64,000 nucleotides of DNA, from NCBI GenBank assembly GCA_044892525.1, contig CM097886.1:183384312-183448311 (forward strand), read 5' to 3'. This DNA comes from Schmidtea polychroa (lineage: Eukaryota). Within the stretch, counting starts at the first letter, position 1, and each line of letters begins with the position of its first letter. Positions 26,481-38,760 of this stretch are shown here, piece after piece. The notes beneath the pieces were generated by a model, which saw only the letters and a list, made by a program, of their open reading frames with translations, searched no databases and was not told the DNA's origin. A program made the position numbers and the translations under genes.

Positions 26481-29400
26481 TGTTAATAATAACCAGTTAG
26501 TAATTTACAAATATTTATTTTTTAATACAAATACAAATTATTGCCTAAATCTGGTATTATTAAAACACCCCATTTATATGGCGAATTAATTAATTAAATA
26601 ATAATGCTAATTATGCGTGCCAGCTTTTATACTTATTATACTTTTACTTATAATACAATATATATTTTAGTTATAAATTAATTATTTAAATATCCCTAAC
26701 ATCTCCCCTGTTTACAAGGTTTTAGCCATTCAACGTTGCGAATTATAATTTTCCCATCTCTGTCTCGTAATTCATAACTATTTGCATGGATCTTTCTAAC
26801 AATTACAAAAGGTCCTATATATCGGTCCTCCTCTTTTTTTCTCAAATCTACTTTAACTAAAACTTCTTCATTTATATCGAATTCTCGGTGTATTCGGTTC
26901 TCATTTTTATAATTTAAATTTCTTTGTTTTGATTGCACTTCCTCCACTATTTTACTTCTATCGTTGTATATTCTTTTATTATTGTTCCATTCTCTAGATA
27001 TCCGAAACCTAAATACTGTTTCTGATGGACTCTTTCCAGTTGTGCTTTGAATGGTAGCATTTAAAGTAAACTCGATTTCAGGTAACACTTCAAACCAATT
27101 TCTTTTAAGTTTATCTCTTAATGATGTATTGATAAAATCTCGTATTGTTCGAAATTTTCTTTCAATCAAACCATTAGTGTTATGATAATAAGGGCTAGAA
27201 AATTGTAGCTGTATATTGTGATTCTTAGCCAACACTTTTATCAAGTTAGACTCAAATGTTTTTCCACAATCAACATGAATAATTCTCGGTACCCCTTATT
27301 TTAATATCCAGAATTTCACAATAGTATCCGCTGTAATTTTTTCGTCCTGCTTTGCTACTGCTGTCAACGAAATGTATCGACTACACATATCTATAATTCC
27401 CAAAATATATTTCTTTCATTGAATGTTTGCCTGCAAAGGTCCACAAAAATCTATCGCTATAACATCAAACGGTTCCGCCACTTGTGTTTTTACAATTAGT
27501 TCTTTTGTTTTTGTTGTCAATGTTTTTCGTTTCTGGCATATTTCACAACTTTGAATATATTGAATCGCGATTGTATTTAATTCCTCCATATCGTAGTTAA
27601 CTTTTATATAATCGATTACCTTCTTGCATCCACCATGACAACATTTTGTGCATGTCTTTGACAAATTCTATTCTATTTACTTTTGGAATCCAAATTTTAT
27701 TTTCTCTTGTAAAAATTAAATCTTCATTGTTTTTAAATCTTGTAGTTTCATTTTTATCAATTGCTTTTCTCATATGTTCTATCTCTTCATTACCTTTTTG
27801 CCATTGATTCCATGTTTAGTGGATGTCATTGCCAACAATCTGGTTTTTACTTTCTCTGTCTTGGCATCTTCATGGATTTCCATACACTGTGTACATCTCC
27901 CACATTTATCTCTCGATAACGCGTCAGCATTCGAATGGTCAATTCCTTTTCGATATTTAATATTCATATCTAAACTACTCAAGAAGTTTATCCATGTCTG
28001 AAATTGTGCCGTTATAGGTTTTTTTGTTGTCATCATAAATGTTATAGCCTTGTGATCCGTTCTTAGCTGGAATCGCTTGCCGTAAAGATAGTGCTTTAAA
28101 TGCTGTGCAAAGTAATTGATTAATTGTCGATGCTCGCGTCTGTGTGCGCTTTTTACTTTCTTTGTGTTTTGGGTTGTGTGCGCACACAGACGCGTAAAAT
28201 TGTCGCATTATTAGTTTATCTCGCGTCTGTGTGCGCTTTTTGCTTTGTTAATTTGGATTGTGTGCGCACACAGGCGCGGAAAAGTGAGAAGATTAGGTGT
28301 TGTTGGATCGATCTCAGAGTTTTGATTGTATCGAGGTTTTATGATTGTATCGGTTTTTTAGAGTGTTGCTGACTTATGGAGATGATATTCTATTCAATTT
28401 TTCTGGAATTGTGGTTTTAAAGAACTGATTTATAATTTGAATTTGAATTTTTGGCCTTAGTGAAATATGGAAGATAATGAATGTTTGATATGTCGTAGTT
28501 CAATGAGCAATATGGCGAAGATGTCTTTTCAGCAGTGTAACTTGTCCAGTTGATCGTGGCTCAGCAAGATCGTTGCAAATTATTAATGGAAGTTTTTCAA
28601 AACGGTTGGAAATCAACGATTTGATTTCTGTAAATCATGAAATGACAGAAGAGGAACTCCAAGATATGTTTATGAAATTTCCCCAAAGCGATAAAAAGAT
28701 AAACTTGCTAACTTATGGATATGATATTCTATTCAATCGAGCTCTTAAAAAGATCAACACAACTCCAATGTTTATTAGCCGAACTGTTGAACCAATGTTT
28801 CAAATTCAATCATTGGACACGATAAATGGTTTTGTACAAATAAAGCTTGTGATATTAATTACAAAGAAATTCTTCTGATGTGTCTTAGATTTAAACAGTA
28901 ATAAATTGCTAAAAGTTCCTTTCTCGTGATACAGTATCCTATTTCATGTTTACTCATCGTATGTGAACTATAGGCAATAACACGTTCATTACCTAGATCA
29001 TCAATCTGTGACAAAACAGCTCCTATGGTGTCGAAACTAGCATCCGTATCCAAAATAAATTCTTTCTCATAATCAGGATATATTAGAACTGGTGTAGTTG
29101 ATAGTGCTTTCTTCAATTCCTCAAAACTTTCTTGACATTCATGTGACAAAACTAACTTGTCTTTATTGTTTCCGCACATCAATTCTAATATTCTTGCGAA
29201 TTTTGAATAATTTTTTATAAATTTTCTGTAATAATAACACAGTCCTAAGAAACTCCTCAATTGTTTTAAACATTTTGGTCTTTGAAACCCTTTTATTGCT
29301 TCTATTTTAGCTTCATCGACTTTGACACCTTCGCAAGTTATAATGTGACCAAGAAATTTTGTTTCCTTCACCAAAAATTTGCATTTTTCAGGATTTATTC

Positions 29401-31080
29401 TCAATCCTGCTTCTTTTATTTTTTCTAATACTTCATTTATTCTTTTTATATGATCTTCTTTGTCTTTTGAGAATATTAAAATATCATCTAAATACACTAT
29501 AGCAATTTTCCTAAAACCATATTCATTAATTTTTGGAATGTAGCTGGAGCAGCAGCAATCCCGAATGGCATCCTATTAAAGCAGAACTGCCCAGATCTTG
29601 TTGAGAACACTGTCTTTTCTTGAGAATTTGCTGTCAATTCAACCCGATAATACGCGCTTCCCAGATCAATGGTGCTAAAGTAAATTGATCCATTTAATGA
29701 ATCTAACATCTGTTCGATATTAGGCATTGGGAAGATTTGTCTTTCTGTCATTTTATTTAAACTTCTAAAATCTAAACATAATCGAATATCATTTTTCTCC
29801 TTCTTCCAGACACATACTAACGGCGTATTCCATGGTGAGTCACACTTCCTAATTATGCCGTTTTCTTTCAAATTTTTAATAGCTTCTTCAATCTTTTCTT
29901 CTAGGTGGGCTGGCTGTCTTCTTGGGTTCAAATGGATTGGTCCTTCAACAGTTTTAATATCATGCTTCAATAGATTGGTTTTGCTATATCCCACTTATCT
30001 ATCATAAATACTTCGGCATTTTTTTATTACTCCATAAAGCTTGTTGTCACACCTTAATCCTATTAATTCTATTGCTCTTTTAAATCAAAGTTCATCGCTC
30101 GTTCTTTTTCCAAATTTGGCTTCAATGTTGCATATTTCCATATTATTATATTCGCTTACATTTGCGCTGTTATTTCCGATAACTTTCATTAGTTTTATGT
30201 CAAACCTACGTAATACATCGATTCCTCCAATTATCGAAGGAGAAACATTTTCGACTACTACAAAAACAATATTTTCTTCTCTATTTCCTATATTTATTCT
30301 AAGCTTGATTCTTCCAAAAGTTTTTAATGGACTACCATTTGCGCACCAGATTTTGTCTCCATGTTCGTTTAAAACTGGATTTCCGATCTCCTTTATAATC
30401 GAACTATCAATCACATTCATTCTAGCTCCTGTATCCAACAAACAATTCTTAAAGTAATTATTTATGCCTATTATTACACTTGGAGGTCCACCCATTTTAT
30501 CATAAACAATATTATACTCATCCTTCTTCAAATATGTTTCACTTGTATCAAATATTTTATCCTTTTCATTATGTAGATAAATCATATTTTCTGTTTTTTT
30601 TAATTTTTTTACGTCATCTATCGATAAAATCTGAGAACAATTATTTTTGCATTCTTCTCTATTATCGTCATCAATTTTTATTTTTTCAAAATTGTTTTCA
30701 TTCGGCATATTTAAAATAATTGCATCATGAATATCCGTAACTTTATTTTTTACCGACTTTTTATTTTTTACACTTTCTATTATATCACATTGATTCGCTT
30801 TTTTAAAATTTGTTTCTAGCTCATTATTTTTTTCAACTATATCGATATTTCCTACAATTCTACTGCTACAATTATTTCTGATTACATTATTCTCATCCAA
30901 CATTTTATTATTTACTTTATTTAAATTATTTACGAAAGGACTTATACTATTCACGTTATTATTAATATTTTCTACATTATTTACATTATTTACAAAAGGA
31001 ATTATACTATTCATTTTTCTACTAATACTATTAATATATTTATATCTACTTATAAATTAATTGTTTAAATATCCCTAACA
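26481..31080 (-). mobile_element. Defective Ty3/Gypsy element (PR-RT-RH-IN remnants, gag absent)
   Basis: TGTT...AACA ends with 5-bp TSD ATTGC (26476-80 and 31081-85); 3' LTR 26481-26701 after the purine tract CAGGGGAGA; only about 40 nt of the 5' LTR remain; LLDTGA, YLDDILI, DTDASF and FDVIAIDFCGP motifs in broken frames. Confidence 0.9.
28117..28897. mobile_element. Solo LTR (781 bp) nested in the RNase H domain of the Gypsy element
   Basis: TG...CA ends and 5-bp TSD GTAAT (28112-16 and 28898-902); excising it restores ELLAIYYFAQHLKHYLYGKRFQLRTDH. Confidence 0.85.
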
Positions 31081-31309
31081 ATTGCAATTAGCAATATCTA
31101 ATCAGAGACAAAAATCGGTAATTATTCATATGAAGAAAAGACAAAATAAAGAAAAATGAATTACAAACTGAAGTACACAGAGAAATAGTGATTATTAACA
31201 CTCAAAAAGGAATTTCCAATATATTTAAAATAGAGTCAAAAATATTAAAATCATGAAATATGTTCAGGAATATATCTGAAACTCCAAAAGTTGTAGTGCG
31301 TCGGCAGCT

Positions 31310-32198
31310 GTTATATGCTGATAGATAATAAGAATAATGGCTTTTGATTTTTCAAGAAAAGTTTCACATCCTGTTCCAAATCTGCAGCATTTTGATAGAT
31401 TTCCCATTGAGAATGTTTCCCTATGCTTGAATAGATAAAAGTCACAGGACGCAAGATCGGGCAGTAAAAAGGAAAATCTAAGATAATAAATCCATTTTTC
31501 TCAATCATAGCCATTATTTCCGCTATTTTGTAGAATGATGCGTTGTCATAGGTACCATAGAGAATGACCCAGTGGCTTTCAGCGATTACGCTCACAAAAG
31601 TGTTATATAAGTCATTATTAATTCACAGAAATATTTCAGAGAAATCCGAGCAGATTATGCATTTTTGATGAGATATAAATTGTCAACATCAATGATTTTC
31701 TAAGACATCTTCAGATCTCAAATTCCTAATTTGTTTCTCCATGGAATTTGTCACTGGCCTCTCTGTTTTGATTCGGGTTTTGCACATTTCAGTGGTGTTA
31801 GGGACGAACCTGGATGGCAATTTGTCTATGCCAGAGTTATTCAGGATATCATACACACCTCCGGTACTTACAATTAACTGCTGCAAGATTTCCTAGATAA
31901 TAATTCGACGTTCTTCCTTCACAATTTGCAAATAATTCTTTCTTTTATGGTCAGTAATTTCACAAGGAAGAACAATATTCTCATCAAGAAATGAAATGGC
32001 CATAGGGTTAGGGATGTGAGTGAGGCATATATTGGCACAAATTGTCTGCAACTGATTACATATTTGCTGGCTGTTACCGCCACGCAAAACAAAGAATTTA
32101 CTCACAATACTCGACGGAATATATCATGATTTGACAAATAAATTGAAAATGTGCTCTTAATGGGGTAGTCCAGGTACTTATTGAACGCACGGAATATA
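31310..32198 (-). mobile_element. Second (duplicated) copy of the mariner remnant
   Basis: Highly similar to 5040-5977, including the TIR-like end GTAGTCCAGGTACTTATTGAACGCACGG. Confidence 0.65.
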
Positions 32199-32572
32199 AC
32201 AAATATTGCTCTATTATTGCTCTATTGATGCTAATTGTGTTAATATTCATTGTAATTTTTTCATAAACTTGCGTTCGAATTGACTCTGATGTTATTGAAA
32301 CATCCTCAAGAATAAAACCTCACGCAAATTCTTTTTCAGATGTTAACAGTTTTCCTTCGTGGCTTTTCGTTGATTCAATCCTTCCACCTTTTTGTATACA
32401 CAGATACACTCGCAACTGTTTGGTAATTTATATTTAATTACTTTGAAATTTCTTTTGTGCTTTAGCTTGGATATATTTATCGTAAACAAATAGCTCATCG
32501 AATATGACACAGATCTACATTCACCCTTAATATTTTGATTTTGACATCATTATTAAAAAAGAGAAAAATAAT

Positions 32573-32626
<54 letters not shown>

Positions 32627-33060
32627 CAATAAAATAACTTATCAATAATCATGTATAAAATACAATTCAAATAAATCAATAATTATGCCATTTTCACAAA
32701 GTTTATTAAATGAAATATTTCAACATAAAATCGATCGATAATAATAAAAAATAATAATAATAAATAATAATAAATAATAAATAATAATAGTAATAATAAT
32801 TTAAAATTAATAAATAATAATAAATCGATAAAATAACTTATCAATAATCATGTATAAAATATAATTCAAATAAAGAAAAATTCAAATAAATTCAAATAAA
32901 TAAATAAATAGTTATTCCATTTTCACAAAGTTTATTAAATGAAATATTTCAACATAAAATCGATCGCCTTCACTCCAATGCAAAATTTAACAAATCGATC
33001 TGACGCATCATAAAATATTTATTTAAAATTCATAAATAAACCAATCAAATATTTTCTCAC

Positions 33061-33770
33061 CGATTTGTCATAAACCGTTTTCTTCATGATCGATTCGACA
33101 AACAGATGATGGCCTTTATTGACAGCCAATTCCAGAAATGACAGCTCGCCCTAAACAATATCAATACAAATACAAATAATTATTTGACCTTACGATTCTG
33201 CGCTGCCCATTGATAGTGTGAGCAGAATTGAATCTCTTGAACCCGCTCATGTGCCCGTGAGTGATGCAGCGATAAAGGATACACTGAAATTTATTTATTG
33301 ATTTATTCAAATAATCAGCTCACTTCTTTCATTAAATTTGCATTTTCGTCCATTTTTGCTGTCAGCAATTCCATTGCATTATTGATTTCCTATTGATGAG
33401 AATATTAATTATATCAATCAATAAATCAATCAAACTTTATCATCAATCGATCTGTGAAGGATTAATTTAATAATCTTATCAGCATTGGACTCGAATGCTC
33501 TCTCCAGTGCAGCCAATCCAGTCTAAATATCAATTATTAACCAATCAGAATATCACAAATTTACATAAATATTCTGCATTATGAAATCAGAAGATTTGAG
33601 CAAATCATCAAATGCGATTGCATCATCCCGTTCAATGGCAGCAAATAACTGAAATATTTATTCAAATTGATTCATAATGAAATAATTCACACTTTCTCCA
33701 CATGAGTCAATAATTTCACGCAATCAGCACGATTATTTTGCTTTGCTTTATCCAGCGGACTCCTTCCATC
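33061..33770 (-). CDS. Ankyrin-repeat gene copy 2, middle exons
   Basis: Paralogous to 7028-7735: DGRSPLDKAKQNNRADCVKLLTHVEK / TGLAALERAFESNADKIIKLILHRS. Confidence 0.6.
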
Positions 33771-34470
33771 CTAAATAAATAATCCAATCAAAATATCCGA
33801 ATCAGCGAATCATTTAAACATCCCCATTCACAAACAGATCATTAAAGCCCTGTGGCAATAAATGGCACTAAAACCGACACTGCAAAACCGCGTACAAAGA
33901 GTAAATAACCGTGAGATATCATGCTAAAGAAATAGTTCAGAAATGGTAAATCTGATCCGAATTGCTAGCCAATGGAATAGCAGATTTGCATTTATTAATG
34001 AATTCTGTCAGTGGAGATCTTCAAATAAATGAACCCGACATTTCAATATTGCATCATTCATTTGAAACATTTACTAAGAGGACTGCATAAAACCTTCCAG
34101 TGCAAGGAATAAATTGCCAGAAAAGCTGCTGGAAAAGCTTTTCATTCATTTTGTGGCGTTACGGAAAATATTTCAAATGGCAAAAGTTATTTCTGTTAAG
34201 ATGTGAAAAAGTGAATTAAAAATAAAATCGATAGCAAGAAAATAGCCAATCAAAAATGCTGAATTTAATGTGAGAAGTAGAGAAATGCAAATTTAAAGGA
34301 AATATTTAACATATCAAAACGTAAACAATATTTGTGATGAGCATCTGGCCTGCACAGGCAATATTCAGTTGCGATTGTTCTGCTTGCACTGTAATTATTG
34401 GCCTGATCTGTTTCACGGTAATTTTGATACAAATGCTATGTAAATATATAATTATTAAATAAAATATTAT

Positions 34471-34890
34471 AGATAACATATCAATATGCTAGGCTTAGCT
34501 GCAATGAATGCCTCGATACCATATAAGGGAACTGCAGCAGATAACATATCAATATGCTAGGCCTAGCTGCAATGAATGCCTCGATACCATATAAGGGAAC
34601 TGCAGCAGATAACATATCAATATGCTAGGCTTAGCTGCAATGAATGCCTCGATACCATATAAGGGAACAGCAGCAGATAACATATCAACATGCTAGGCCT
34701 AGCTGCAATGAATGCCCCGATACCATATAAGGGAACCGCAGCAGATAACATTTGCTGCTCAATACAAAATCAGAAAGCGTATCACCAGTAAATATATCGA
34801 CACCTTCAAATAGCCTCCATCTCACGCGTAAATGGCGCATGATTGGATATTGCAATAATAATAACATCACAAATAATTATTTTCATTGCT
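34471..34890 (+). repeat. Second copy of the 68-bp minisatellite (about 4 units) plus the piggyBac 3' remnant
   Basis: Same unit as 8265-8582, followed by sequence matching about 8615-8750. Confidence 0.9.
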
Positions 34891-35434
34891 TTTAATGAAT
34901 TATTTCCAGTTTAATAATGAATATTATATTATAATTATATTTATTTATTATTTGATAATATGGCAGCGTATGTAAGGCTACTTTATAAAGGTTATTTGCT
35001 AATCAATCGCTTCTGCTTTCGGAGCAAGATATTATATTTGATGGCCCATTGAAGCCATTATGACTGTTGCTGGTAGCAATTGCTATGATTGTTATTGGCC
35101 GTTCTAGTGTTAGTTATCTAAATTAATAAATTATTTGGCTGTCGACAATGCAATTTGCTGCGGCGGCTGATAAAGGGTAAAATCATATGATAATGCTGTC
35201 ACATCGATATTGGCCATATCGGACCAGCAGGGAGCTATTGCATTCTCACCCCGCTAACGGTTCCATTGACACCTCATTCTGTGATCTCTTGCCTCTCACT
35301 AGAGCTCTCTGAGGCAATTCTTAATGGCATTTCATTCATTGCTCCTTATGCAATCCATTTCACATATTCAATTAACCAGATCGCAACTCACCAGATTTAA
35401 TTGATATTTCATTATATAAAATGTTAATGTTTAC

Positions 35435-35838
35435 TTTTGTTCGGCAATTGATTCGGCATTTCCGCTGCAGCAATAATTTCAATATTTCTGAATGCCCTTC
35501 ACTGCATGCATGATGAACTGCTCTCACTCCCTGCAATTTATCAATTAATTATTGATTTGCAATGATTATTAACCAATTTGTCCTCAGATTCCACATCGCA
35601 GTTGCTGTCAAGCAATAACCTGGCAATATCAACAAATCTCTTACGGCAAGCAATGTGAATGGGCAACCAGCCCTGAAATCAGAAACATTAACCCAATAAA
35701 TTCACATTGCCAATCAATCTCACATTAGTATCATCAACAATCCTATGCATAAATTCTCCCCTCAAATTATCCCTGACGCCCTCCACATTTCCACTCATCA
35801 AGTGCTCCTTGAAACATTGAAAATCCCTGCAATGCAAA
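35435..35838 (-). CDS. Ankyrin-repeat gene copy 2, upstream exons
   Basis: GWLPIHIACRKRFVDIARLLLDSNCDVESEDKL and GVRAVHHACSEGHSEILKLLLQRKCRINCRTK. Confidence 0.75.
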
Positions 35839-37559
35839 TTATCCAATGCAAATCACAATCAATATTTCACCCCATCTTGATATTTCCTTTCTGTTTTATC
35901 TATCAATTAATTCCAAAATCAATAAATTTAATTATAATTTATTTAAAAAGTTCAAAATCAATAAATCTAACTTCCTAAAATACAAATAGAAATCAATTAA
36001 AAAGCAGCCAATGAATTCTCAAGGCCAAATTATAAATTTGAAGCGATAAAACAAATCAATTGCAATCAATAATATAATATATAATGGAATTGTCAGACTT
36101 GATAAAATCGATATTCAATATTCAATGAGAGAACCGAACGATCTGACGGATTCCCCCGATGCGGCAATTATTATCAATGATTACAACATTCCAGGCAGCT
36201 GCAAATATTATTATTATTATTCTTTGGTAGCTTTCAAGTAATTTCCAATTATAATTTGCAAGCATTACACAAATGGCTAAATATTATTTTAAATGCTCAA
36301 TTATATCCACTCAAATCCTCATGCTAATAAATAACAATATAAATAACAATTTTATACAAATCATTTAATTGCTTTATAATTGCTGATATTTCATAACATC
36401 ACATATAATTGTTACATAAAATGAATAAATTTATTAATTAAATAATAAATCAAATAGAAATTATATTAATAAATATAAAGTTGAAACAAAAAATTAAACA
36501 TTTGAATAGTTAAAAATTCCAACATAATTATATAAACAAATATACAAAAATATTATAATGGAAATATAATTGCAAAGCACATTAACTGGAAATAATAGTG
36601 CTTAAATCAACAAATGTTTAACAAGAAAACTATATATTCTAGAAATAAAGTATTTTAATTTCAAATATATAATAATTAGTAAGATCGAAAACCAGAACAA
36701 AATTTCATATAAAATTGATGGAAATTGAAATTTGTTAACAGTATCATTGGAAACGGTTTAAACTTGCTGGGTTTAGTAGGCTGACTGGATAAGCTTACTT
36801 TATCCATGGAAACTATCTGGCATTCAGTTACATGAAAGGAATCCGTGACTTGGCAAATCTTGGGCAAATTCTTTTACAAATCTTGGGCTAAAAGCTACTG
36901 TTGCAATCGAAGAGTTTTATAACATCAAGAATGAGACACGTTAGATGAGACATTTATACTCATGACAGTCCAGGTCTACAGCAACAGATTAAGACGAAAG
37001 TTTGGGACATCTAGATCGTCATTGAATCAAGGTTGATTTTCAGATGACACTGAGGGATAGGCCGATTCTTTTCTTTGGTCATTTTGTGTAATATAGATAA
37101 AATATAATAAAGAAAATCAGATTTTTGCCTTTCTACTTGCTAACTGTAAGTCTCAGTAATCAATCTTTACTATTTCTTATTAAGAATAGTTCGTCCTAGA
37201 CTTAAGCTTAATTCAAATTCAACTCAATGCCTTAACTCTTACAACGATTTGAATAGCAATAGTGACTTACTAAATGATATAATTTTTTCCGACATCACTA
37301 TATTTTAAAAATACTTTTCATATTCTCCAATGTTGTCTCAAATCTTTAATTTTCCTTTGTAATATAATTTGCCCAAACATTTGACTCTTTTAGTCTTTAT
37401 TTACCTATAGTTTTGCTCTCATATCCACTTCTCTTTATTTTATTTCCATCCTTCATAAAGAGTGAGGTGATTTACCATGGGTGGTTTATTTTTTGTTTTG
37501 GCATAAAATAAAGTTTCTGTGATATATTAAAAAAGTTTGTAAAATAAACATTTAAATAT

Positions 37560-38760
37560 ATTATAATAACTTAATTATTAAAAGTTTGTATAAAATAAAT
37601 GCTTTTTTGAATTTGATTTTGGAATTTGATTTATTGTTAACCTCTTAAATGGTAATTGATAACATTTTTGTGAACATAATTTTTCAAAGTTTTTCTATGT
37701 CTCACTTCGAATTTGGAATTTCAGTTTTCATCATTATTTACGATCGTCTTACTTCCAAACTTGTATTGTTGGTTTCTGAACTATGACGACATTCCGAGCA
37801 TTTTGAATGCTAAAAATAATTTTTATTTTTTCTTCATGATTCATTAGTGGAGAACACTTCAGATCTATTGCTGGGCAAGGAGATTTTAACCGGTTCTTCC
37901 TTATCAGTTTCATTCATTAAATTGCTTCAAGTTACGATCAAGAACATTTCGCATTGGTACTTTATCTATGAATCCATAAAAACTCGAGGTTTTGAGCTTA
38001 TATGATATCGCTGGCGTAATTACAAGATATTATTCTGCCTTCAATAAGGCTCATTTATAATTATTCATCTGACAATTCAGCTTATATTTCAATAATCATT
38101 TTTCCAATCGTGACAGTAAATAGCTATTATAGCTCCTCGGTTTATAGAGAATTAATTAGTTATCTGCCTAAGATCAAAGATTGAACCATAACTAATATAA
38201 CAATTGTTGGGTCGCTTAGGGGTGTGTCATTCTATTGCTAAAATGTTTTAAGGGTATTATAGGTGTAGAATTGACTCTTTCCTAAACGCCTTCATGACTA
38301 TTGTACTTTAGAACATCTGTGTACCCATGCCGACGACCATGTTGGTGCTCTAAACAATGGTTGAAAATCAATTAGCAGGTGAGCTCTATTGCTAAAACAA
38401 CTCCTCTTTGTATTTTATTCTCGGGTTCTGGACTTTCGATAGAAGTCTAACATTAGTCAGTATCTATCCTCTCGTTAGATTATTGTCATATCTTCATTTA
38501 ACTGTGGTCCTCATTACTACACGTTTTCAAGTGTTATCTTCCAAAATTTGGCGCAGGAATCCGCCTTAATTTTTGTGTTAATAAATGTTGCTCTGTTTTT
38601 CCTGAAATGTTTGTGAATATTTAACTTATTCTTCAAAAATTATATGAGCAGGGATCGTCTCTTATTTCCAAGTTAGTAAAGGTTGTTCTACGCTTCCTAT
38701 GATATTTAAATTATTCTTCAAATATTTCGAGCAGGGATCTGCCTGTATTTTTAGTTCTAA
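37560..38760 (-). mobile_element. Duplicated Gypsy pol remnant
   Basis: Diverged direct copy of about 10460-11530. Confidence 0.7.
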
